A stretch of 29,894 nucleotides of DNA from Promethearchaeota archaeon (GTDB lineage: Archaea > Asgardarchaeota > Lokiarchaeia > Sigyniarchaeales > SOKP01). Made by a program: the position numbers and the translations under genes. The stretch spans positions 1-29,894 of the forward strand of contig JAEOSU010000035.1 in assembly GCA_016840165.1 (NCBI GenBank), in the 5' to 3' direction. Shown piece after piece: positions 1-9,111 of the stretch (its first letter is position 1; every line of letters begins with the position of its first letter). The notes under the pieces are model-generated. The model made no database searches. It was not told the origin of the DNA and worked only from the letters and a program-made list of their open reading frames with translations.

Positions 1-156
1 GCCTAAATATTTAAGATCTTTAGCCAAGCAAATTATATTTACTAATGGTTTTCCATTTACAATGATATCCACTGGAGTTTCAATTAGAATGATATCATTT
101 ATGTTTTTCTTAGTATTTTTATGAATTTGTGTAATATCAACTACTCGTTTAAACAT
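1..156 (-). CDS. fdhD: Formate dehydrogenase accessory sulfurtransferase FdhD, N-terminal 52 codons (runs off the window edge)
   Basis: Manual translation from ATG at 156 gives MFKRVVDITQIHKNTKKNINDIILIETPVDIIVNGKPLVNIICLAKDLKYLG, open to position 1. The ExPvxIxvNG...kDLxyL pattern matches the FdhD N-terminus. Lies directly downstream of a Mo/W-enzyme operon. Not in the ORF track. Confidence 0.75.
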   Translation of the reverse strand, partial: MFKRVVDITQIHKNTKKNINDIILIETPVDIIVNGKPLVNIICLAKDLKYLG

Positions 157-235
157 AATATTAACTAAGATAATATTGTATTAAGCTAATAAGTTGTAAA
201 TTATTAAAAAGAAATTGGTTAAAAATCATAAAAAG

Positions 236-1045
236 TTAACTGGCAATATAGATTCTGCCATTAGTCTCTTTTTTTACGCTATGATCTCCACTATATTCAA
301 TAAATTTGCCTGTTACTTTTTCTCCGTTGGCTAACTCAATCTCAGAGATTTCCCCTACTTTTTTATATGATGGTAATAATCTGGGGGCTTTCCCTTTAAT
401 TATAATTTGGCCCCAAGCTTGGTCTGCACCCGTGTAAAGATTAACATCACCCTCTACGATAATAGTTCCTCCGTGGTTATGCATTCCTAAAAAAGATTCA
501 GCACCACCACATCTTAACATCGGGAACTTTCCCGCTCCTTTTGAGCTTCTAGCCCATAGCATTGATTCTCTGCCAACTTTACCTTTGACTTTTATTATTC
601 CATTTTCCATACCGATCCAAAATCCACGATATGCGGCACCAATATAATTTCCGGCATCGCCAGTTATTTCTAATTCTCCCCCCTTTAACATGGCTCCCGC
701 CCAATCTCCTGCGTTTCCATTGACCGTTATTTTTCCTCCTTTCATTTGATTTCCAATGTGCATCCCTACATTACCATTAATAATGATTTCACCATCTGTC
801 ATTTTCTCCCCTATTCGTTTCACATTAGAAAGGTCTCCCTCAATAGCAATGGTGGTGTTTTTAACATCAGTTGATTTTCCCGAGACATCAAAGAAATCTC
901 CTAAGCTTACAATTTCATTTCCATAGAATAATTCTAACTTTTTAATTTGCGCCGCAGTTTTTCCAGCAAAATTATCAGGCGTTATTACTTCTGCCTCTAA
1001 GGGAAATTGGGGTTGCTTTTTTAATTTTAGTTTTATCTCTGCCAT
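236..1045 (-). CDS. fwdC: Formylmethanofuran dehydrogenase subunit C
   Basis: N-terminal PLEAEVITPDNFAGK, repeated GxxMxGGxIxVxGNAG beta-helix (GXGXG) repeats and C-terminal GD...NGRIYI; 2 bp from fwdB. Confidence 0.95.
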   Translation of the reverse strand: MAEIKLKLKKQPQFPLEAEVITPDNFAGKTAAQIKKLELFYGNEIVSLGDFFDVSGKSTDVKNTTIAIEGDLSNVKRIGEKMTDGEIIINGNVGMHIGNQMKGGKITVNGNAGDWAGAMLKGGELEITGDAGNYIGAAYRGFWIGMENGIIKVKGKVGRESMLWARSSKGAGKFPMLRCGGAESFLGMHNHGGTIIVEGDVNLYTGADQAWGQIIIKGKAPRLLPSYKKVGEISEIELANGEKVTGKFIEYSGDHSVKKETNGRIYIAS

Positions 1046-1047
1046 TC

Positions 1048-2376
1048 TTATTCACCTTTTTTTTCCTTTACTTTTTCAATTAATCGCTCTAAAATTTCTC
1101 GATCTGGTAAAGTTTCTCCAGGAGGATTTTTCACTTTTCTTAACCTTAATGGTACATGATCCATACGATACGCTGTTCCTTCCGTTTCAATACCTGCAAA
1201 CGCTGCAGGCAAAATAATATCTGCATTTACAGAAGTAGGAGTATGATGAGGTTCAATTGAAATTATCGGGTGTTTGAACATATTTTTAACCGCTGCAGCA
1301 GGAAAATTACTCGCAGGATCGGATGCCACGATTAATAATGCGTCAATTTCATCTCTCAATAATACATCAACAGCTGAGAACTCCCCTGGATTATAGCGGG
1401 CGAAGCCACGCGAAAAATCAATCGAATAGGCATACCCGGTGTTCCAGGTAAAGACAGTATTGCTTCCAGTAATGTTATAATGCCCTCGCATAGGTGTTAT
1501 CAAAAATTTTGTATGATCATTAAGTTCTCTGGTCAAACATATAGCTGTATCAATATTCCTATGATGAGAAATAGATTGTGTTAACCCCATACCAAAGAAG
1601 ATTACTCCATAATTACTCTCTTTCATAATGTTTGCTAATTTTATTATATCTTCCTTCGCTACGCCCGCAACTTCTTTTTGATCAATTTCAACTCCTCTTA
1701 AAGTAGCGCGGATGGCATTCATAAGCTCATAATCTTCATTTGGATTTACTTTTACATATAGGTCTGCTATTTGAGCTGTATTAGTGTTTCTTGGGTCGAC
1801 TACGATAATATATCGATCATTACGACCATCTTGTCGAAAATAGCCCCTTACAAAATCACTATAGCGACCCAGATGTCTTGGATGAGCATGAACAGGATTG
1901 CATCCCCAGAAAATGACTAAATCTGCTCGATTCTTATATTCTCCTAAAGTAGAAGTAGGCACTCCTACGTCCTGTTCAGCTAGCAAAGTTGGTCCATGGC
2001 AAACCGATGCTGTATTATCTAATATTCCACCTAAAATCTCTGCTAACTCAACTCCTTTGCTTTGAGCTTCACATTCAGTACTGGCAAACCCATATAGAAG
2101 TGGTCTTTTTGCTTTTACTAAGATATCTGCAGCTTTATCAAGAGCTTCATCCCATGAAATTTCTTTATAGGAACCGTTCTCTCTAATTAACGGAGCCATA
2201 TATCGATGACCACTCGGATTCGAAGAGAAAAATTTTCGCGTCCCAATTTGGCACCCATTCCGAACTTCTATAACTTTTTGCTCTTTTTCATCAACATCAA
2301 TTTCAAGATCATCGCATAATGTCCCACAAAATGGACAAACTACATCATAAAACGTTTTATACTTTTTTTCAACCAT
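1048..2376 (-). CDS. fwdB: Formylmethanofuran dehydrogenase subunit B (Mo/W-bis-PGD catalytic subunit, Cys form)
   Basis: CPFCGTLCDDL...C [4Fe-4S] motif, TASVCHGP metal-ligand motif, NRADLVIFWGCNPVHAHPRH, PMRGHYN and GTAYRMD. Confidence 0.96.
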   Translation of the reverse strand: MVEKKYKTFYDVVCPFCGTLCDDLEIDVDEKEQKVIEVRNGCQIGTRKFFSSNPSGHRYMAPLIRENGSYKEISWDEALDKAADILVKAKRPLLYGFASTECEAQSKGVELAEILGGILDNTASVCHGPTLLAEQDVGVPTSTLGEYKNRADLVIFWGCNPVHAHPRHLGRYSDFVRGYFRQDGRNDRYIIVVDPRNTNTAQIADLYVKVNPNEDYELMNAIRATLRGVEIDQKEVAGVAKEDIIKLANIMKESNYGVIFFGMGLTQSISHHRNIDTAICLTRELNDHTKFLITPMRGHYNITGSNTVFTWNTGYAYSIDFSRGFARYNPGEFSAVDVLLRDEIDALLIVASDPASNFPAAAVKNMFKHPIISIEPHHTPTSVNADIILPAAFAGIETEGTAYRMDHVPLRLRKVKNPPGETLPDREILERLIEKVKEKKGE

Positions 2377-2388
2377 TAATTTCCACCA

Positions 2389-2784
2389 TTAAGCCTCTCT
2401 TAATTTACTTATTAACTGAACTGCATCTAACACTTTCCCATTCGCAACCACTTCTACCTTTGCCTTGATTCCCTTGAACGTTGGTGTTCCCGTAGATTGA
2501 GAGCCTGGATTTACTACTTGGTTAGCCCAGGGACCCATGGGAATGAAAATTATACCTGGATGAGGTCCTTCCTCAGAAATAGTAGAATAGACTAATACCT
2601 CTCCATAATCAGTTGTCACTTTTACTGGAGTGCCAGCGAGACAGTTAAGCTTAATAAAATCATTCCTGTCAAAAGCACATATGCCTGCTGCCCTTACGTT
2701 CTCTCTTGTATTCTTTCCTCCCTCTAATGCTACTCCTTGATTTATAGTCCGTCCTGTTATCAAAATTAAATCATTTAAACTCAT
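2389..2784 (-). CDS. fwdD: Formylmethanofuran dehydrogenase subunit D (molybdopterin-dinucleotide binding)
   Basis: LITGRTINQG, GIIFIPMGPWAN and TGTPTFKG motifs; operon position. Confidence 0.95.
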   Translation of the reverse strand: MSLNDLILITGRTINQGVALEGGKNTRENVRAAGICAFDRNDFIKLNCLAGTPVKVTTDYGEVLVYSTISEEGPHPGIIFIPMGPWANQVVNPGSQSTGTPTFKGIKAKVEVVANGKVLDAVQLISKLREA

Positions 2785-2789
2785 TTTTA

Positions 2790-3509
2790 TTACTCCCCCT
2801 TTTCATTCCATCTTAAGTTTTTTAAACGTTCGGTTAATGGAGGCCAAAACATTTCACTATACTCTCCCGATGTACTTATTTCGATGATCTTTAATTGTAG
2901 TGCGCCCGTTGGGCATGCATTATCGCATGCTCCACATGCTACACATGCATCGGGGTCCGCTACCTCTACATTCTTCGATTTTTCCCAGCCATGTTCAGGT
3001 CGCTTCGCAATTACAATTGTACCTGAAGGGCAAACCTCTGCACATGAACCACATCCTTTTGCACACTCTTCATCGATAATAGAGACTTCCGCTTTCGCGT
3101 ATTGTTTGACAGTTCTTTCAACTCCTTGATTATTTTTGATCTTTTTTGCTTTAAATTCAATTTTAGGCACTACTTTTTGGGCTACTATGGGAATATCATT
3201 TAATTCAATTACTTCTCCATTTTTTTTTAGGGTTAAAGCACTAAAAGGGCACATTACCACACAGGTTCCACAAAACACACATTTCTTTGGATTATAAACC
3301 TCTGGTATAATATCCTCGGTTTCAGGAGACCTACGTGAGGCTCCTACTGGACCACGTGTAATTGCTTCTTTGGGACATACACGTGCACATGTTCCACACC
3401 CCACACATTTTTCACGATTTAAAATGAGTTCTAAACTTTCGGTAAGAAATTGAACTTTAACATGTTCTTCTTGTTCATTTATAGTTCTTGATATTTTTGG
3501 AAATGACAT
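2790..3509 (-). CDS. fwdF: FwdF-like polyferredoxin, short form with four 4Fe-4S binding motifs
   Basis: Four CxxCxxCxxxCP-type motifs (CVGCGTCARVCP, CVFCGTCVVMCP, CAKGCGSCAEVCP, CVACGACDNACP), plus AIxxGPVGA and CPFSALxL segments typical of the FwdF N-terminal half. Confidence 0.8.
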   Translation of the reverse strand: MSFPKISRTINEQEEHVKVQFLTESLELILNREKCVGCGTCARVCPKEAITRGPVGASRRSPETEDIIPEVYNPKKCVFCGTCVVMCPFSALTLKKNGEVIELNDIPIVAQKVVPKIEFKAKKIKNNQGVERTVKQYAKAEVSIIDEECAKGCGSCAEVCPSGTIVIAKRPEHGWEKSKNVEVADPDACVACGACDNACPTGALQLKIIEISTSGEYSEMFWPPLTERLKNLRWNEKGE

Positions 3510-3511
3510 TT

Positions 3512-3769
3512 TTATTCTTCCTCCACAGTTTCTATTCTAATTGCCCGCGCAGGGCAAATTTGGACACAGACTCCACAACCATCGCAATTTACTTCGCGGT
3601 CTTCTTTATAAATGGGATATGCAACTCCATTTCTCACGAGAAGCACGGCATTTTTTTCACTTAAATAGCTATCCTTTCTTAATTGATTAAAATTTAATGG
3701 ACAGCTGACTACACAATCATTACATCCAAAACAACGATTATTATTAACAGTAATTTTGAAAACTCTCAT
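3512..3769 (-). CDS. fwdG: FwdG-like 2x[4Fe-4S] ferredoxin subunit
   Basis: 85 aa with CFGCNDCVVSCPLN...VLLVRNGV...CDGCGVCVQICP; size, spacing and context fit FwdG. Confidence 0.75.
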   Translation of the reverse strand: MRVFKITVNNNRCFGCNDCVVSCPLNFNQLRKDSYLSEKNAVLLVRNGVAYPIYKEDREVNCDGCGVCVQICPARAIRIETVEEE

Positions 3770-3770
3770 T

Positions 3771-4196
3771 TTATTTTGCCTCTTTTTTAATTGGATTAGG
3801 TCCTAATTCTTTTAACTCATGGACAAATTCTTCGACAATTTCTGTTAATTCTGCCCCCTCTGAAGCGGATACATATGTATATTTTACTCTTTTCGGATTG
3901 ATACCAAACTGCTTCAGATATAGGTGTAGCATGGGTAATTTTCGAATAGTTTTATAATTTCCCTCTACATAATGACAATCTCCGGGATGACAATGACTTA
4001 CTAAGACCCCATCAGCACCATTCATGAGAGCGTTTAATATAAAATGAGGTTCGATTCGCCCACCACACATAACTCGCATAATTCTTAGATTAGCGGGTCG
4101 TTGCATGCGTGAAGTCCCAGCTTGGTCAGCTCCAGCATATGTACACCAATTACAACATATCCCTAATATATAAGGATTAAAATCTGTTTTTGTCAT
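3771..4196 (-). CDS. mvhD: Methyl-viologen-reducing hydrogenase delta subunit ([2Fe-2S] adaptor to HdrA), Cys form
   Basis: CCNWCTYAGADQAGTSR, RVMCGGRI, GADGVLVSHCHPGDCHYVEGN and VSASEG motifs. Confidence 0.95.
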   Translation of the reverse strand: MTKTDFNPYILGICCNWCTYAGADQAGTSRMQRPANLRIMRVMCGGRIEPHFILNALMNGADGVLVSHCHPGDCHYVEGNYKTIRKLPMLHLYLKQFGINPKRVKYTYVSASEGAELTEIVEEFVHELKELGPNPIKKEAK

Positions 4197-4389
4197 TATT
4201 TTTCAGTTTCAAAAGCTTTAAGTTAACTTACTTTTCAGTTATAATTTTAAACATAGTATCATTATGATATGACAAACTTAATTTTTAGAAAGTATTGTAT
4301 TTTAAAAAATTTAGTATATGAATTCTTATGTTTGGAAATTGAAAGGATTTCGAAAAAAAAGTCTATTTTTTAAAAGCTAAAAATAACAG

Positions 4390-5217
4390 TTATTCCAAAA
4401 ATTTTAGATGAATAATTTTAGCCGCTTTAACCCTTTCTGATTTCTTTATTGCTTTAATTGTTTTTTCATACCATTCAGAATTAATTTCTAGTCGTGACCA
4501 GATAGTATACCACTCTTTGATTTTTATCTTAGGAGACCAATTAGGAAATATTTTCTCCGGATTTCCAACTCCAAAATGAAATCTAAGATCCTTTTCACCT
4601 GCTTTTTTTGCTCTTCTATTTACAACCCTGTTAGCTAAATTAGATGTCGCATCAAAGATTAACTCTCCTCCTGGAAAATGCTGTGCCATAGAAATGAATA
4701 GATTTTTCACGCTCTCTTCAAAAAAATAATAAACAAATCCTCCTGCTATAAAAAAAATCCCTTTCGACGCCTCATATTCAATCTCATTATACCATTCATC
4801 AAAAGCTGATTTTGCTATAGTTTTGTTTCTTTCTGTATCAGGGATAAGGCTTTTTCGAAATTTTGCTGCTTCTGGTAACTCGAGATTGAAGCATTGAATC
4901 CTACCATTATCAACTCTCGAAAAAGTGGTATCTAAACCAGCTCCAATGTTTACCAAGGTTGATTCAGGGTTATCTTCAAGAAATCTTTTGAAAGCAATAT
5001 CAAAATTCTTAGCTCTAGCAAGTAATCCTAGTCCTCTCCATTCTCCTAAATAATTTTGGATTTCTGAAAAATCATAATTCAATTTAGTGATAATTTCACG
5101 TGCCATTGGGTCATCTAAAAATTCAGGATATTGCTTGCTATATTTTGCCCGTGCCCATAAAGGTCCCAGCATAGTTTCTTGAATTTTATCATCTGCAAAA
5201 ATTCTTTTTTCACTCAT
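4390..5217 (-). CDS. Class I SAM-dependent methyltransferase (leucine carboxyl methyltransferase / TcmP-like family)
   Basis: QETMLGPLWARA, VNIGAGLDTTFSRVDNG, LELPE and FPGGELIFD motifs. Start placed at the ATG at 5217 rather than the upstream non-ATG codon. Confidence 0.85.
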   Translation of the reverse strand: MSEKRIFADDKIQETMLGPLWARAKYSKQYPEFLDDPMAREIITKLNYDFSEIQNYLGEWRGLGLLARAKNFDIAFKRFLEDNPESTLVNIGAGLDTTFSRVDNGRIQCFNLELPEAAKFRKSLIPDTERNKTIAKSAFDEWYNEIEYEASKGIFFIAGGFVYYFFEESVKNLFISMAQHFPGGELIFDATSNLANRVVNRRAKKAGEKDLRFHFGVGNPEKIFPNWSPKIKIKEWYTIWSRLEINSEWYEKTIKAIKKSERVKAAKIIHLKFLE

Positions 5218-5387
5218 GACTATAAACAAAATTTTTATTTATTCTACTAATGATTAACAGAATTTAACATTCTCTTGTAGAGAATTTGAATTAAAAATTA
5301 TAAGAAATATTTTTAAATATCTCCTATTCCCACTCTCATTAAATTCAATTTAATAATTCATTATTTTTCTCTAATGTGATAAATAAG

Positions 5388-7049
5388 ATGGCACAGGATG
5401 TTTTTACGTTTTTAGTAGGCGGAAAAGCAGGTGAAGGGGTGAAGAAAGCAGGATCTGTTTCCGCTCATATTTTTTCAAGCATGGGACGGCATGTATTCCA
5501 AATGGATGATTATATGTCTCTAATTAGGGGTGGACATAACTTTTCTGTTATAAGTACAACACCTAGATGGATTGGGAGTCATTACATGAAAGCTAATTTA
5601 GTTGTAAATTTTGACAAACGAAGTTGTGATGTTCATAAAAATGACATTACAGAAAATGGTATAATCTTTTTCAATTCAGATGAACAAGATCTTGATCGTG
5701 GTATCGGTATACCTTTGACTTCAGAAGTAGAAAAATATCCTATGAAAAATCTTATGTTTGGAGTGGGTGCTGTAGCGATTTTGGCTGCTGCAATTGGATT
5801 TCAAAAAGAAGAAATGAATAATATAATTAAAGATGAATATCCAAGAGGAATCGAAGATAACATTAGATTCGCAGATACTATTTATGATCTTGTATATCCT
5901 GACTGTGGCAACAAATTTAACTTAGAAAGAGGAGATAAGAAGAGACCAATTATTACGGGTAATGAGGCAATTAGTTTAGGAGCAATAGCAGGTGGATTAG
6001 ATGTTTATTACGGATATCCTATGACTCCAGCATCTTCAATCTTGCATACGCTTGCTCAAGAGGCTGAAAATTTTGGATTAGCTGTAGTTCACCCCGAAAG
6101 TGAAATAACAGTTATAAATATGGCAATAGGATCAGCTTTTACAGGAGCTAGAACCATGGTGGGAACAAGCGGAGGAGGTTTTTCTCTTATGACTGAGGGT
6201 TTCTCTTTAGCGGGTATGACAGAAGCACCAGTATTAATTGTTTTATCTCAGAGACCAGGTCCAGCGACAGGTGTTCCAACTTATACAGAACAAGCTGAAT
6301 TAGCTTTTGCATTAACCGCAGGCCACGGAGACTTTTTAAGAATAGTGGCTTCACCCAGAACCATTAGAGAAGCATATTATCTTACTTCTGAAATGTTAGA
6401 TTTAGTATGGAAATTTCAAACTCCGGGAATATTGCTAACTGAAAAACACCTTTCAGAGAGTAGTATGACAGTTCAAATTGAGGTAGAGAACTCAGGTTGG
6501 GCTGAACCAAAAATTCATAAAGCTGGTGATTATAAACGCTATTTAGATACTGATGATGGTATTTCTCCCTTGTTATTTCCCCCATCAAATCAAGTTATTA
6601 AATGGAATTCTTATGAACATGATGAATTTGGTATTACTACTGAAGATAGTAAGAAAATTTCATTTATGCATGATAAAAGAAACAAAAAGTTAACAAGTCT
6701 CATAGAATATTTAAAAGGGAAAGAAACTGTTAAAATTATTCGAGGAAATCTACCAATCAACATTTTTACTTATGGCTCTACTTATATGAGTGTTTTAGAA
6801 GCAGTTCGATATGGAAACCTAAATCCCACTATTATTGCTCCAATATATTTAAGTCCACTGCCGATTTGGGAATTGAAAGAATTTAAAAGTCAAGACAATG
6901 TTGTTATTGAACAAAGTTCTACAGGACAATTTTCCAAGCTCTTAAGTGAAAAAGCTGGATTAGAAATTAGAACTACAATTAAACAATATAATGGTCGACC
7001 ATTTGATCCAATGGATTTATCGCAAAAAATTAAGGAGGTGCTCGGCTAA
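5388..7049 (+). CDS. korA: 2-oxoacid:ferredoxin oxidoreductase alpha subunit (gamma-alpha fused type)
   Basis: GGKAGEGV, IRGGHNF, ITGNEAI, YPMTPAS, TSGGGFSLMTE and QRPGPATGVPT motifs. Start refined to ATG 5388. Substrate specificity cannot be determined from sequence. Confidence 0.92.
   Translation: MAQDVFTFLVGGKAGEGVKKAGSVSAHIFSSMGRHVFQMDDYMSLIRGGHNFSVISTTPRWIGSHYMKANLVVNFDKRSCDVHKNDITENGIIFFNSDEQDLDRGIGIPLTSEVEKYPMKNLMFGVGAVAILAAAIGFQKEEMNNIIKDEYPRGIEDNIRFADTIYDLVYPDCGNKFNLERGDKKRPIITGNEAISLGAIAGGLDVYYGYPMTPASSILHTLAQEAENFGLAVVHPESEITVINMAIGSAFTGARTMVGTSGGGFSLMTEGFSLAGMTEAPVLIVLSQRPGPATGVPTYTEQAELAFALTAGHGDFLRIVASPRTIREAYYLTSEMLDLVWKFQTPGILLTEKHLSESSMTVQIEVENSGWAEPKIHKAGDYKRYLDTDDGISPLLFPPSNQVIKWNSYEHDEFGITTEDSKKISFMHDKRNKKLTSLIEYLKGKETVKIIRGNLPINIFTYGSTYMSVLEAVRYGNLNPTIIAPIYLSPLPIWELKEFKSQDNVVIEQSSTGQFSKLLSEKAGLEIRTTIKQYNGRPFDPMDLSQKIKEVLG
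7032..7040 (+). promoter_or_regulatory. Strong Shine-Dalgarno sequence AAGGAGGTG for korB
   Basis: Located 10 nt before ATG 7051, inside the 3' end of korA; supports 7051 rather than 6991 as the start. Confidence 0.75.
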
Positions 7050-7050
7050 T

Positions 7051-7890
7051 ATGGCAGATCTTAAAACTAATGCTGAAATTACATGGTGTCCTGGGTGTGG
7101 AAACTTCGGAATCTTTACAGCTATAAGAAAGGCAATCCCTCTACTTGAGGAAAAGGGAATAAAAAGAGAAAATATAGTCATGACAGCGGGTATAGGCTGC
7201 CATGCGAAAATTTTTGATTATCTTAATTTGAGTGGAATTTATGGACTTCATGGTCGAAATTGCTCAAACTCCGAAGGTATTAAAGTTGCGAATCCAGATT
7301 TAAGAGTAATTAACTTCTCTGGAGATGCAAATGGATTAGCAGAAGGCCTTGCCCATACGATGTTTGCAGCAAAAAGAAATCAGGATATAACCTTTATCTT
7401 ACATAATAATAGCGTGTATGCTCTTACAACCGGTCAATTTTCGCCATTAGCAGAAAAAGGGTGGAAAGGACCTTCTACCCCTCGAGGTAGCTATGAAGAA
7501 CCATTTAATCCTATATCTTTAATGATTGAGGCTGGCGCAACTTTCGTAGCAAGAGGATTTTCGGGAGATATTGAGAATCTCACTAATCTTATAATAGAGG
7601 CAGTTAAACACAAAGGTTTCGCTTTTATAGAAGTCTTGCAACCTGCTGTTCCATACCATAAGTGGGAAGAATATAGAGAGCAAGTTGAATATCTTGAAAA
7701 AGAGCCAAAAAGTTATTTTGAAGCTATTAAAGCAGCTAAAGAAAACCATAAGTTTACAATTGGGATATTTTATAGAACTACAAAACCAGTATATCATAAA
7801 GAGTTATATGGAGATCATAACCCAATTACTAATAGATTGGCAAGAGATACGAGATTAGATAAAATTCGAAAAATTCTTGAATCTAAATAA
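7051..7890 (+). CDS. korB: 2-oxoacid:ferredoxin oxidoreductase beta subunit (TPP-binding)
   Basis: TWCPGCGNFG, GIGC, LHGR, GDA...NNxVYALTxGQxSP and GATFVARG motifs; starts 1 nt after the korA stop. Confidence 0.92.
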   Translation: MADLKTNAEITWCPGCGNFGIFTAIRKAIPLLEEKGIKRENIVMTAGIGCHAKIFDYLNLSGIYGLHGRNCSNSEGIKVANPDLRVINFSGDANGLAEGLAHTMFAAKRNQDITFILHNNSVYALTTGQFSPLAEKGWKGPSTPRGSYEEPFNPISLMIEAGATFVARGFSGDIENLTNLIIEAVKHKGFAFIEVLQPAVPYHKWEEYREQVEYLEKEPKSYFEAIKAAKENHKFTIGIFYRTTKPVYHKELYGDHNPITNRLARDTRLDKIRKILESK

Positions 7891-7955
7891 TCGATAACAT
7901 TTATTTTAATAGATAGTATTAAAAAAAACTGTATTTATGAATAAAATTATGTCAT

Positions 7956-8936
7956 TTACTTAGGAGAAAATGTTCCTTGATCTACATCCTTGATGAATTG
8001 TACTAACCCCTCAAAAAAAGTCTCTTGGTCATCATAAAGGGCCAAATGAGAACCATTTGGGCACAATAGAAATTTACCTTGTTGCACTTGATTCGAAACC
8101 CATTTCATATGTTCAGGATCCATGGTATCGTAAGTAGCTCCGATTACTAATGTGGGGACTTTTATTTTTGGTAAATCAGAGGTTCTATCCCATTTTTCTA
8201 ATGTCCCTCGGACACCAAATTCACTTGGACCATTCATTTTTACATATATATCCTCATTAAGATGATTAAACATTCGTTTAATAGGATCTGGCCACTGCTC
8301 AACGGTCATACGAATAAGATGTTTAGTATAGTAATTAGATTTCATTAATTCCATGTAGCGTGGATTATCAAAATCTTCTTTTGCTTCCAACTCCCTGATT
8401 TCTGCTAATACATTAGGATCTAATTGCGGTCCTAAAACTTCTTCTGCATATTTCCCGTAAGCTGGACAACTCATCATCATATTTGAGATAATTAAACCTT
8501 TGAGATTTTCTTGATATTTCAATGCATATTCAACAGCAAGAATACCCCCCCAAGATTGTCCAAAAAGGGTGAAGTTTGATTTATCTAATTTTAGAGCTTT
8601 TCTAACTTGCTCTACTTCCTCAACAAACCTCGAAATTTCCCATAGTTTAGGATCCTTAGGCCGCTCACTATAATAGGAGCCCAGTTGATCATAGTAATAG
8701 TATTCGAATCCCTCTACTGGAAAAAAGCTATCAAAACATTCAAAATATTCATGTGTTGCACCAGGACCTCCATGAAGGAGAAGGACTTTAATTGTAGGAT
8801 TATTTCCAATCCTTTTAGTCCAAACTTTAAACTCACCAGATGGAGTCTGGATAGGAATCATTTTAATGCCCCCGGCTAAAATATCTTCACGACCAGTAGT
8901 ATCAAAGTATTTAGTTAAAGTTTTCTCAGATGGCAT
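7956..8936 (-). CDS. pip: Proline iminopeptidase-family alpha/beta hydrolase (peptidase S33)
   Basis: LLLHGGPG, YDQLGS, nucleophile GQSWGG, YDTMDP and GSH motifs give the Ser-Asp-His triad. Confidence 0.9.
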   Translation of the reverse strand: MPSEKTLTKYFDTTGREDILAGGIKMIPIQTPSGEFKVWTKRIGNNPTIKVLLLHGGPGATHEYFECFDSFFPVEGFEYYYYDQLGSYYSERPKDPKLWEISRFVEEVEQVRKALKLDKSNFTLFGQSWGGILAVEYALKYQENLKGLIISNMMMSCPAYGKYAEEVLGPQLDPNVLAEIRELEAKEDFDNPRYMELMKSNYYTKHLIRMTVEQWPDPIKRMFNHLNEDIYVKMNGPSEFGVRGTLEKWDRTSDLPKIKVPTLVIGATYDTMDPEHMKWVSNQVQQGKFLLCPNGSHLALYDDQETFFEGLVQFIKDVDQGTFSPK

Positions 8937-9111
8937 AATAATATCATCAAAATTAATAAAATTGGTTTTCTTAAGCTTTGGATTAGATATTTATATCTTA
9001 GATAAGTATTTATTTAACTTTTCTGTTAAAACGGTTTTAATTTTGCTTTCAAATAATGAGTCGATAAAAAATGATTTATGGAATGAGATACAATTTAGGA
9101 TAGGTCAAAAA

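Noticed and set aside
6991-7050. Longer korB start given by the ORF track
   Set aside because: It overlaps korA; the strong RBS and conserved N-terminus point to ATG 7051.
8866-9111. 82-codon N-terminal extension of the C45 hydrolase ORF
   Set aside because: It overlaps the divergent pip start and crosses AT-rich promoter DNA; family-like sequence begins at ATG 9112.
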